Assembly (NCBI GenBank): GCA_036507075.1
Contig: DASXQR010000222.1
Coordinates: 1-47,940, forward strand
Length of the DNA: 47,940 bases
Direction of reading: 5' to 3'
From: Acidobacteriota bacterium
GTDB taxonomy: Bacteria > Acidobacteriota > UBA6911 > JACQSX01
Shown: one piece after another, positions 39,641 to 47,940 of the stretch
How positions within the stretch are numbered: position 1 is the stretch's first letter
Layout of the letters: each line of letters starts with the position of its first letter
The notes under the pieces: generated by a model
The model's input: the letters and a program-made list of their open reading frames with translations, nothing else
The model's database searches: none
What the model was told of the DNA's origin: nothing
Translations under genes and position numbers: made by a program

Positions 39641-40680
39641 TCGCCACGGGCCGATCTTCGTCGCAGCTCGCGAACAAACAGTGACCCGCGTCGCAGGCAC
39701 TCGCCCACTTGAAACGGCAGCCGCGGCGCTTCATTAAACGCTCCGCCGGTACACACGGTCGCCTGGATGGGATTAGGCCATCGAAGCTGCAAGCCCCGAA
39801 ACAGTGTGCGAGGTTTTCCCAGCCGCACCGACATTGGGTCGGCGCGCATGTAATGCTCCTTCTTTCCCCATTCACAAAGCACCGCCGGAACCAGCCATCG
39901 CGGTAAGTCGAGTGCCGTATCCTGCCGCAGTGGGACGGCCCCGATGTCAGCTTTGAGCAGAGCGCCCGCCAGTCCCAGGGCGCATATAATCCACCTCGAT
40001 CTGGTGCGAGTTCCTGCAAGACAGAGGTCCCAGTCGAAGCCTACAGTCACCGATTCGACGATAAGTGCGACATCGCACAACCACAAAGGTCGCCACATAC
40101 CATCGGCAAGCATGTGAATACAGAGATGGCGCAACTGATCTTCCAGGCCCATTATCTGAATCTGGATCCCGTCCAGCAGGACAGTTCGACTGCGATCGAA
40201 AAGTTGATCTGCAGTTCGGTCGGTAAGCTCACGGAACCGGCGATGCAGGTCGACGCAGCACTGCGGAGCCTCCGGCCGGACCATCAGGGCTGAAGCGCGC
40301 GCGTACTGTTCCGGCCTGATGAGAAGGTCGATGTCACCGTACGGTCTCAACCCTTTCTCCGGGTACAGCCGGGCAACTGACCATCCCTTGGCGAGCAGCG
40401 GGTGGATGCCCGCCGAACGGAGAAACTTGATCACCGCGACGATCTCGCGCTCGTGCACAGCGGCCAGCAACGTATGGTGCCGATATGCCTGCTGCAGTTG
40501 AACCCCGATACCATTTCCAGGCTCCGATTGGCGCAGGCGTCTCCAAAGCAGTGGCGCTCCTCCCTTGGGCAGGAGAATGTTCGACACCTCAACCAGGACT
40601 TCCGGAGACAGGCGGAGAGGAGGAACAGGGGAACGCCAGGACTGTGCCAGTGCGTCAGCCACCACTTGGCCGATCAGCAC
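39607..40680 (-). CDS. nucleotidyltransferase family protein (NTP_transf_5-like)
   Basis: LLAKGWSVARLYPEKGLRPYGDIDLLIRP; VDLH; HLCIH; WLCDV; AGGAG RBS before GTG 40680. Confidence 0.85.
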   Translation of the reverse strand: MLIGQVVADALAQSWRSPVPPLRLSPEVLVEVSNILLPKGGAPLLWRRLRQSEPGNGIGVQLQQAYRHHTLLAAVHEREIVAVIKFLRSAGIHPLLAKGWSVARLYPEKGLRPYGDIDLLIRPEQYARASALMVRPEAPQCCVDLHRRFRELTDRTADQLFDRSRTVLLDGIQIQIMGLEDQLRHLCIHMLADGMWRPLWLCDVALIVESVTVGFDWDLCLAGTRTRSRWIICALGLAGALLKADIGAVPLRQDTALDLPRWLVPAVLCEWGKKEHYMRADPMSVRLGKPRTLFRGLQLRWPNPIQATVCTGGAFNEAPRLPFQVGECLRRGSLFVRELRRRSARGEGEGVGRGRKG

Positions 40681-40723
40681 GTTCACTCCTTTACGCTCTT
40701 GAATTGAACCGAGCCGGGCGGTC

Positions 40724-41230
40724 TCAGCAGGCATTTCCCGTGCACTTCCCGTTAGTCCTGCAGGTCTTCCTGGGGCTGACATCACAGCAGCACAAATTGA
40801 TATTTCTTGGATCTGCCAGACAACCTGCTGCCGTGGTGCAACTCGCGGCGGCAACGGCAGTGGGTGCGACGATGGAAACAACAGCCGGAAGCAATAATGA
40901 GAGGCCGCCGATCACGGCGATGCGCCGGGTCAATTGTCGACGTGATTGAAACTCTGCGCCGATTCTCATTGTGGTGTCTTCAACCAGACGCGCTTTTCTT
41001 AGCTTCTCGAGCGCAAGAAAGATCAACTCTTCTTCTGCTTGAGGATGAAGCTCCTGCCGCAGACGCGCAGAAAGCTGCCGCACCGTAGTGCGCCCGTCAC
41101 AATGTTGCCATACCCAGGTTGCCGTTCTATTGAGACAATGCGCTTTGTCGCGCTCTAGATCGTAGATCAGCGTTTCCTCCGGGAGGTTCTCGATGACCAG
41201 TTTGTCACGCCTTGCACGCGGTAGTTTCAA
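40724..41230 (-). CDS. PqqD/RRE domain fused to a twin-arginine-like leader and a Cys-rich peptide (candidate RiPP precursor fusion)
   Basis: aa 1-84: EETLIYD..AHCLNRTATWVWQHCDGRTTV..L (PqqD-like); aa 96-129: SRRQLTRRIAVIGGLSLLLPAVVSIVAPTAVAAA; aa 130-168: 8 Cys; GGAGG RBS. Confidence 0.85.
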   Translation of the reverse strand: MKLPRARRDKLVIENLPEETLIYDLERDKAHCLNRTATWVWQHCDGRTTVRQLSARLRQELHPQAEEELIFLALEKLRKARLVEDTTMRIGAEFQSRRQLTRRIAVIGGLSLLLPAVVSIVAPTAVAAASCTTAAGCLADPRNINLCCCDVSPRKTCRTNGKCTGNAC

Positions 41231-41318
41231 ATGTCCTCCGATTTGCGGTCGCCTTTGGTTTTACAACCGCCCGTTGTCGTCCTGCTATCAAAAAAAGCGC
41301 ATTTACACCCAACTTTAT

Positions 41319-42155
41319 TCATTCCGGCCGGCCTGTCGCGAGCATTGCCTGGAGCAACAATTCTGCCGTCTTCTCCGCTTCGGGGCGTTTGCTTCGAATG
41401 ATTTTGGCATCTGAAACCACCCTGCGAAGGGTCGCCAGTGCGGCTTTCGGACGGTTACGGGCGGCTACGGTATTGTTGAGCAGCAGCAGTACTCCTTGAC
41501 CCAGGGAGAGCGTCCGGGGTCTCCACTTTGCATTCGGAGCGTAATCACTGCCTACGACCAGCGCCACCGGCAGCGGTTTGATTCCGGCAGAACTTCCGAA
41601 AGATTCGCTGGGTACATGGGCAACGGAGCAGTCACCTTTGGATCTCAGGGACAGCGGACGCGGAAAGGGATGAACGCGCCCCAGGGAGTCAAAGACCGCG
41701 TACTCATCAGAGTAGTAGACCGCCCCCGCGCGCAGCAGCGCCGCGACCAAGGTGCTCTTGCCTGAAAAGGAACGCCCCGGTATCACGATGGCCTTTCCTT
41801 GCCAACCGACCACTCCTGCGTGGACGAATAAACGTTGACGCGCGAACTCGGCGATGTAGAGCCCGAGATCCGATTCCAGCGCCGCCAGGGCCTCTTCCAA
41901 ATCGAGAGTTCTGGCAAGCCTGCCCGCGCCGGAATAAAGCAGGTTAAACCGCCGCACCTTGGCCCGTGTTTCGCGGCCTGTCATCAGCGAATATAGGTGG
42001 TCGACGACAGGGGAGTTGGCGGGTTTTGATCCAGGGGGAATGAAAGTGCGAATGCGGTCGAGCAGGGACCCATCGTTGAGCCGAATACCCAGTCGAACAC
42101 CGAAGGCCGAAAACGAGATCCCATCCGTCCACCCGAGACGGTCAATTTTCTCCAT
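41319..42155 (-). CDS. HPr kinase-related P-loop kinase
   Basis: LFVHAGVV; Walker A GRSFSGKST; YYSDEYAV acidic pair; PFPRPL; GGAGG upstream. Confidence 0.82.
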   Translation of the reverse strand: MEKIDRLGWTDGISFSAFGVRLGIRLNDGSLLDRIRTFIPPGSKPANSPVVDHLYSLMTGRETRAKVRRFNLLYSGAGRLARTLDLEEALAALESDLGLYIAEFARQRLFVHAGVVGWQGKAIVIPGRSFSGKSTLVAALLRAGAVYYSDEYAVFDSLGRVHPFPRPLSLRSKGDCSVAHVPSESFGSSAGIKPLPVALVVGSDYAPNAKWRPRTLSLGQGVLLLLNNTVAARNRPKAALATLRRVVSDAKIIRSKRPEAEKTAELLLQAMLATGRPE

Positions 42156-42411
42156 TCAGGTGGAGGTCTTTCGCAGCCGGGGCAAAGTTGACGAATTCAT
42201 CGTTTTTCCCGGCTTCGATGTTACTTTACCCGCCCGGTGCTTGCAAGCACACTGCGAGCGTCAACTTATTGACTGATATATGTGTTAAAGCTGTGCGGCG
42301 TGTCACCACCATCCCTGTCCACGGGGATTAAACTGGGCGCAATGTCAGGGGGGCAGCGGAGTAAGTATGCGCAAGCCGCAAATCCGTAATGCTCTAAGGA
42401 GAGGAAGAACG

Positions 42412-42567
42412 ATGTTTGTCGCTTATGTGCTGATCGCTTTGGTGACGCTGGCAACGGTAAAACTTCTCAGCATGGACGGTAAATTTTTTGAACCGTCGCC
42501 CGTAAAGAGAACACAGGTTGAAAGCTGGGCCAAAGCCTTGGAAAAGAAATCCGCATCGCACTTTTAG
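42412..42567 (+). CDS. small single-TM protein (51 aa, hypothetical)
   Basis: AAGGAGAGG RBS then MFVAYVLIALVTLATVKLLSMDGKFFEPSPVKRTQVESWAKALEKKSASHF. Confidence 0.5.
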   Translation: MFVAYVLIALVTLATVKLLSMDGKFFEPSPVKRTQVESWAKALEKKSASHF

Positions 42568-42837
42568 GGCGCAGCGGCACCGGGTTTCAGTTCACAAAAT
42601 CCCTCCTAGTCCACACGGGGCGCACTCGGCGGAATCCGAAATTCTCGCAAGTGCAGGATTCTACTCAAGTTCTTTGCTGTTTAGCCGAGGTAATTCTCTT
42701 GAAAAGTCGAGCTTACGGATGTTATCCTGACCTAATTTGGTCGCCTGTCTGTTTTTTTGTGCTTTAGGGCCACTTTAAATGCTTCTGAGATGTTTCGAAA
42801 CAGCCAGCTACTGCGACGATCTCAAAATCCATCACGA

Positions 42838-44499
42838 ATGACTTTCGATTCGGATTCCAGACCGGTGGTGGTGCTGGCCGACGACAACGACGCAGAAGCA
42901 AGCATTCTAAAGCCGATCCTGGAGAAGCACGGACTGCGGGTCATGCAGGCCACCGAAGGGACAGCCGCCCTGGAATTGGCGTTGCGCCTCTCTCCCCGCC
43001 TGGTTATCGCTGTGTTGAACCCTCCCTACCTGGATGGTTACCAACTGTGTCAAAAACTGCGCGAACAACGACATACGGAAACCGTGCCATTCATGTTCAT
43101 CAGTCCCCAGGGGGTGATTCCCGACAAGCTTGTCGGCCACCAGACCTTTGCCAGCGATTATGTGCAGCGCCCTGTCAACGCTTCAGAATTTGAGAACCGC
43201 CTGAGGGCCGTGCTGAAAATGCATGCGCCGGTGAGCCAGGGAATGTCATCCACAGCGGAAAAGCCCGTCGCGCCCACCGGCGGCGATGAGACTTCAGCCG
43301 ATGTTGAAAAGCTTCTTGCCGAATACAGGAATCTGCGAACAGCCCGGTCCATGCCGCCTGCTGGTCCAGAGACGCAGGCCGTCGATGAAATGCTGGCCGA
43401 ATTCCGGGCCAAGTCACTCGAGGGCTCGCATGTAAACGATGATAAAACACCGACCCCAGCGGTCAGATCCCCCGCCACCATAGAGGCAATGCAGAAACCA
43501 GAAGAGAAGAAGATCGAAGCCAAAGCAGACCCGACGGTTCCTCTGGATCATCCGGTAAACATCGACATACTGGTGCGAACCAAAGTGCGGGGCCGTGTTG
43601 AGGTAGACGAGATCGGCGAAGCTCCGCTGCTGCACTACAAGGAAGCTGCCGTGTACGTGCTGTCCTGCATCCGGCGCGCCGAAGCGGGCGAAATGATTGA
43701 TGCCCGGCTTGGCTACAATATCGCCTGCAGAGTTCCCGATCTGTTGCGCAGAGACACCGGGCTTCTCCTGCTGGCTACCGACCGAACCACCGAATTTTCG
43801 CCGGTGCAGCACTCGGTCAACACTTCAATCATCGGCACGCGCATTGCGCAAACTCTGGGACTCCCCGAGGACCGCCTTCCACGCGTGGCGTTGTCCGGAC
43901 TGGTTCATGATATCGGGATCATAAAACTTCCCAAGCAGTTAATTTATAAGCTGGGCGCTTACACGGCCACCGAGCGCGCCGAAATTCAACGTCGTCCGAT
44001 CTATTCGGCGCAGATATTGACAAATATCCCGGGATTCGAGTGGCTGCCTCAGATCGTCAGCCAGGTATACGAACGCGAGAACGGCAAAGGGTATCCCAAC
44101 GGTCTGGAGGGAAGGGAAATTTGCGACGAAGCGAAGGTTCTCGGCATCGCCGATGTGTTTGAGGCATGCATCCATCCACGCCCGCACCGTCCCCCGATGA
44201 CCGGTTATCAGACACTGGAAGGTTTGACAGCAGAGGGATCGGCCTTTTCGGATCGGGTTGTCAAGGCAATGATTCGAAGTTTTTCAGTTTATCCGTTCAA
44301 TGAATACGTGCTCTTAAACACGGGCGAAATTGGCAAGGTGATCAACATTAATACCGAGAACGCCCTTCGTCCCACCGTCAAGATTCTGCACACCGCCGAC
44401 GGCGAAGAGCTGTACGAGCCAAAGATTATCAATCTCGCACGAAACTCATCTCTGTACATCACTCGTGCAATTTCACCACAGGAGCTGCCCGTAGCCTGA
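42838..44499 (+). CDS. receiver-domain plus HD-GYP-domain protein, both degenerate
   Basis: VVLADD..LDGYQLCQKLR..DYVQRP; QHSVN, LVHDIG, ERENGKGYPNGL, IADVFEA, RPHR; start codon uncertain. Confidence 0.85.
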   Translation: MTFDSDSRPVVVLADDNDAEASILKPILEKHGLRVMQATEGTAALELALRLSPRLVIAVLNPPYLDGYQLCQKLREQRHTETVPFMFISPQGVIPDKLVGHQTFASDYVQRPVNASEFENRLRAVLKMHAPVSQGMSSTAEKPVAPTGGDETSADVEKLLAEYRNLRTARSMPPAGPETQAVDEMLAEFRAKSLEGSHVNDDKTPTPAVRSPATIEAMQKPEEKKIEAKADPTVPLDHPVNIDILVRTKVRGRVEVDEIGEAPLLHYKEAAVYVLSCIRRAEAGEMIDARLGYNIACRVPDLLRRDTGLLLLATDRTTEFSPVQHSVNTSIIGTRIAQTLGLPEDRLPRVALSGLVHDIGIIKLPKQLIYKLGAYTATERAEIQRRPIYSAQILTNIPGFEWLPQIVSQVYERENGKGYPNGLEGREICDEAKVLGIADVFEACIHPRPHRPPMTGYQTLEGLTAEGSAFSDRVVKAMIRSFSVYPFNEYVLLNTGEIGKVININTENALRPTVKILHTADGEELYEPKIINLARNSSLYITRAISPQELPVA

Positions 44500-44500
44500 A

Positions 44501-45505
44501 ATGAAGCACGGTAAAAAGTTTGCCCCTGTTGCGTTGATTCTTTGCTGCCTCCACGCCTCCTGGCTGCGCTCGCAAAACCCCGGTTCCGTTGTGCCCGCCC
44601 AGTCACAGGTTTCCAGACCAGCCTTCGCTTCGCCTTCCATCGGTGTCCCACCCGCCGACTACAAGCTGGGTCCGGGCGACTCTTTGAGAGTCACCGTGTG
44701 GACGGGCGCCGACTACCAGGAGCAGGTGCTGATGGTGGCTCCCGACGGAACTTTGTTCATTCCATTCATGGCAAATCGGATCGTGAATGTGACGGGGATG
44801 ACAGCTCAGCAGATTCGCGATCTGATTCAGGAAGAACTTAAGAGGATCTATCTCCAGCCGGTCGTCCACGTGGCCGTTGTGGGCTTTGAAAGCAGCCGCG
44901 CCGTGCTTGTAGGCGAGGTCGCAAACCCGGGGCAATTTCCAATTTTTGGAAACACCAGGATTCTGGAGTTTATCGCGCAGCATGGCGGTTTTTCTGAGCG
45001 AGCCAACCTGGCCGAAGTGCTGATCCGAAGAGCCGGCGCGGAGCAATTGAAAGTGAATGTGTTTGACGTGATCCTGAAGGGAGATCAGTCCCAGAACGTA
45101 CTGCTGCAGGCCGGAGATACCGTGTACGTTCCCTCACTCGAGACGATCAGCAAACGATACTTTATGCTTGGAGAGCTGCGCGTCCCGCAAGTACTGCAAA
45201 CGCCGCAGGATCTGAATCTGCTGGAAGCTATTGCGCGTTCCGGCACTCTCACGCCAAGCGCGCAGGCCAAGCACGTTTTTGTGATACGCCAGGGCTCGAG
45301 TGGCGCTGCCGAAGTGATGGACATCAACCTCACCGCCCTTTACAAGAAGGGCGATTTTTCGCAAAACGTTCCCCTCAAGAGCGGCGACATCATTTACGTT
45401 CCCAAAAATCCCCGCGTCAAGTTCACCGACCTCCTGAATGCTGTTTCGCCGCTGCTGGGATTCATCAGAGATACGCTTCTGATCGTGGATGTTTCCCGGA
45501 GATAG
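44501..45505 (+). CDS. polysaccharide export protein, Wza/OPX family with SLBB domains
   Basis: DYKLGPGDSLRVTVW..VAPDGTLFIPF; VGEVANPGQF; LQAGDTVYVP; LKSGDIIYVP. Confidence 0.88.
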   Translation: MKHGKKFAPVALILCCLHASWLRSQNPGSVVPAQSQVSRPAFASPSIGVPPADYKLGPGDSLRVTVWTGADYQEQVLMVAPDGTLFIPFMANRIVNVTGMTAQQIRDLIQEELKRIYLQPVVHVAVVGFESSRAVLVGEVANPGQFPIFGNTRILEFIAQHGGFSERANLAEVLIRRAGAEQLKVNVFDVILKGDQSQNVLLQAGDTVYVPSLETISKRYFMLGELRVPQVLQTPQDLNLLEAIARSGTLTPSAQAKHVFVIRQGSSGAAEVMDINLTALYKKGDFSQNVPLKSGDIIYVPKNPRVKFTDLLNAVSPLLGFIRDTLLIVDVSRR

Positions 45506-45508
45506 AAG

Positions 45509-47842
45509 ATGGCCCAGATCGACGTAAATCTCAGAGATCTGTACCGGGTTCTGCGAAAGCGCAGATGGATCATCATGATCTCCCCGCTGCTGATGGGCCT
45601 CGCCACGTTTGCCGTTACCGAAGCTCCTGTTCCCATTTACGAGGCGAGCGCACTGGTGCGCATCAGCCGCAGCTCCACTCTGGCCGGCCTGATGGTTGAC
45701 ATTGTCAACTATGGCGCCTACGACAACATGGCCACACAGATTGTGGTGGTCAAGAGCCAGCCTATTCTGGAAGAGGTGGCTTACCGTCTAAACATGGTCA
45801 AAGGCCACAACCCTAAGCAAGCGGTGGATGAACTGAAAGGAAAAATCTCGGCCAGCCAGCAGGAGAACAGCGACATTTTGGAAGTCAGAGCTACTTCGGA
45901 AAGCCGCGAGGAAGCGATCGCTCTGGCCAACACCACCGCTGAAATCTACATCAAGCACTCTGCGGACGAGAAGACCCGCCGCCTTGATGAGATGGTCGAA
46001 TTCATCCGCGGGCAGGCCCATGAGATCAATAACGAGGTGGGCCGGGCCGAAAGAGATCTGAACAACTTCAGACGGCTCAATGCCGTAAACCTGGCCCTGA
46101 ATCCGGCGCAAAGCGCTGACATTCGCGAAAGGCGGATCCAGTACGAGCGGCGGGTTCAGGATATTCGCGCCGCTGTCGCTCTGCTCGCGCCGATCCAGCG
46201 TTCCAAGGATTACGAAACGCTGGTGCAGACTTATATTCAGGTTGATGATCCGGCCCTGCGCTACATGGCCGAAGACGTTGCAAAGCGGGCGGCCAACGTA
46301 GTGGAACTGCGAAGCCGCAAGGCCGACCTGCTGAAGTACCAGACCACAGCGTCGCCCCAGGTGACCGCCACCGCCGCCAAATTGGAATTGGAAGAACAGC
46401 GCGTTAACTCGCAGTTGAACAGCCTTATTGGCCGGCTCAGAAGTCTTTTGGCAGAGTACGAAAGGCTCGACGGCATTCTGGCGCGCCAGGAATCAGAGTT
46501 TGCGAGACAACCACAGGTGTACGCTCAAATTGAAGACCTGCAGAACGTGATCCGGGAGAAGGGAGAGCTTGCATCCAATCTGCGCAAGCGGCTTCAGGAA
46601 GCGGAAATCAAGCAGAAAGAAAAAACTGAAGACATCGTATTCGTGGAGCGGGCTCACAGCGCCGTCGAAATACGCCCTAAGAACCGCATCTATCAGGCCT
46701 TGATCGGCGCGGTTATCGGACTGCTGCTGGGTGGTGTCTTCGCGTTTGTAATCGAATCGCTCGACACATCCATCGGGACGATCGAAGATGTCGAACAATA
46801 CATCGCGTCGTCCGTTGTGGGCGTGGTGCCTCACATCGAACTTGAGGAAATCAAGGCGCGGCTGAGGGAAGAGTTTACCAGCCCCAATGTGCTGGAAGAG
46901 GACCTCGACCAGTTCGCCCGGCTCACCACGCATTTTGACCCAAAGTCGGTGGCCTCAGAAGCTTACCGCAGCATGAGAACCAATATCAGCAGCCTGATGG
47001 AGAAGACCAACGCAAAGGTTCTGATGATCACAAGCTCTGTGCTGCAGGAAGGAAAGACCACGTCGCTTTCCAATCTGGCTACCGTGTTTGCCCAGAGCGG
47101 GCGCAGGACGCTGCTCATTGACGCCGACCTTCGCCGGCCGCATGTGGACAAGGTATTTGGTCTGGACAAAACCCCCGGCCTGTCAGACATCCTTCTCGGA
47201 ACCAGGGAACCGAAGGACTGCTACAGAACGATTGGCGACCTGATGCTCGGCAAATACGGCTTGAGAATGGCGCAGGTCACTCCCGGTCTGGAATACCTGT
47301 CGCTGCTTCTGGCCGGTCGTCAGGTGGACAACCCCGCCGAGCTTTTGAATTCGTCCGCCATCGACAAGTTGATCAGCGAAGCGAGAGCGAGTTTTGACGT
47401 GGTTCTGATCGACTCGTCACCGGTGCTCCCGGTTGCCGATCCATCCATTCTTGCGCCCAAGGTGGACGGAGTAGTGCTGTCGTACCAGATTGGACGCATC
47501 GGAAGGGATGTTTTGAAGCGTTCCAAGCTTCGCCTCGAGGGTCTGGGCGCGCGCATTTGGGGTGTGATCATGAACGACATCCAGGCCGAGATCGACTACC
47601 GGCGCGGCGATTATCACTATTACAGATACCGCTACGATACCGAAGTGCAACCGGGTTGGCTGGACCGTATCAAGAGCCGGTTCAACGGTTCTAAGACCCG
47701 GGTTACGCCGTCAATTATTACGTCCCGGCCGGTGCCTCCCAGCGCGCCTCCGGTCGGGCCGCCTCAGCCGGAAATTCGGCCTCCGGACAGGGATCGAGCA
47801 TTGCGCGATCTGATGGGCCTGACTGATGATGAAGAAGAATAA
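45509..47842 (+). CDS. Wzc-like polysaccharide co-polymerase / tyrosine autokinase
   Basis: Two TM helices around a coiled-coil domain; SEAYRSMRTNI; ITSSVLQEGKTT; LLIDADLRRP; VLIDSSP; Tyr cluster DYHYYRYRY. Confidence 0.92.
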   Translation: MAQIDVNLRDLYRVLRKRRWIIMISPLLMGLATFAVTEAPVPIYEASALVRISRSSTLAGLMVDIVNYGAYDNMATQIVVVKSQPILEEVAYRLNMVKGHNPKQAVDELKGKISASQQENSDILEVRATSESREEAIALANTTAEIYIKHSADEKTRRLDEMVEFIRGQAHEINNEVGRAERDLNNFRRLNAVNLALNPAQSADIRERRIQYERRVQDIRAAVALLAPIQRSKDYETLVQTYIQVDDPALRYMAEDVAKRAANVVELRSRKADLLKYQTTASPQVTATAAKLELEEQRVNSQLNSLIGRLRSLLAEYERLDGILARQESEFARQPQVYAQIEDLQNVIREKGELASNLRKRLQEAEIKQKEKTEDIVFVERAHSAVEIRPKNRIYQALIGAVIGLLLGGVFAFVIESLDTSIGTIEDVEQYIASSVVGVVPHIELEEIKARLREEFTSPNVLEEDLDQFARLTTHFDPKSVASEAYRSMRTNISSLMEKTNAKVLMITSSVLQEGKTTSLSNLATVFAQSGRRTLLIDADLRRPHVDKVFGLDKTPGLSDILLGTREPKDCYRTIGDLMLGKYGLRMAQVTPGLEYLSLLLAGRQVDNPAELLNSSAIDKLISEARASFDVVLIDSSPVLPVADPSILAPKVDGVVLSYQIGRIGRDVLKRSKLRLEGLGARIWGVIMNDIQAEIDYRRGDYHYYRYRYDTEVQPGWLDRIKSRFNGSKTRVTPSIITSRPVPPSAPPVGPPQPEIRPPDRDRALRDLMGLTDDEEE

Positions 47843-47846
47843 GCTT

Positions 47847-47900
47847 TGTGAAAAAATCGACGCCACCGGGCTTGTCCCGGTGGTGAACGCGATTCTTCAC
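47847..47900 (-). repeat. dispersed hairpin repeat, copy 2
   Basis: tgtgaaaaaatcgacgccaccgggcttgtcccggtggtgaacgcgattcttc; matches 13297-13350 in reverse orientation. Confidence 0.8.
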
Positions 47901-47940
47901 TGCGACACAAACCCTACCGGGGTACCGCACACACTGGCTT

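Noticed and set aside
39607..42155. Classical lasso peptide or PQQ cluster
   Set aside because: No lasso cyclase, B2 peptidase or pqqB/C/E in the window.

Overview
Bacterial chromosomal segment. The two Oar-type TonB-dependent receptors and the overall gene content suggest Acidobacteriota (inference). Left part: TMTC-like TPR glycosyltransferase, DinB, two TonB-dependent receptors, an esterase, a disrupted Tat oxidoreductase, a DUF5916 protein and a PflX-like radical SAM protein. Middle: tRNA-Ser/SRP RNA/tRNA-Ser cluster, a PAS hybrid kinase, dnaX-ybaB-recR, an RpoD-like sigma factor, MscS, moaD-moaE-mog, and nfeD-stomatin-SPOR-lnt-prfB (with the programmed +1 frameshift). Right part: a surface/exopolysaccharide region with an ExeA-like ATPase, a choice-of-anchor L protein, a degenerate REC-HD-GYP protein, wza and wzc. 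The most interesting item is a three-gene minus-strand cassette in that region: HPr-kinase-like kinase, then a PqqD/RRE domain fused to an internal twin-arginine-like leader and a 39-aa, 8-Cys core, then a nucleotidyltransferase. It looks like a RiPP-like peptide modification system without lasso enzymes. Most intergenic gaps contain inverted arrays of 7-10 bp tandem repeats or REP-like palindromes, and some of these overlap gene ends. No CRISPR array, integrase or transposase was seen. All calls come from motif recognition by eye; no searches were run.
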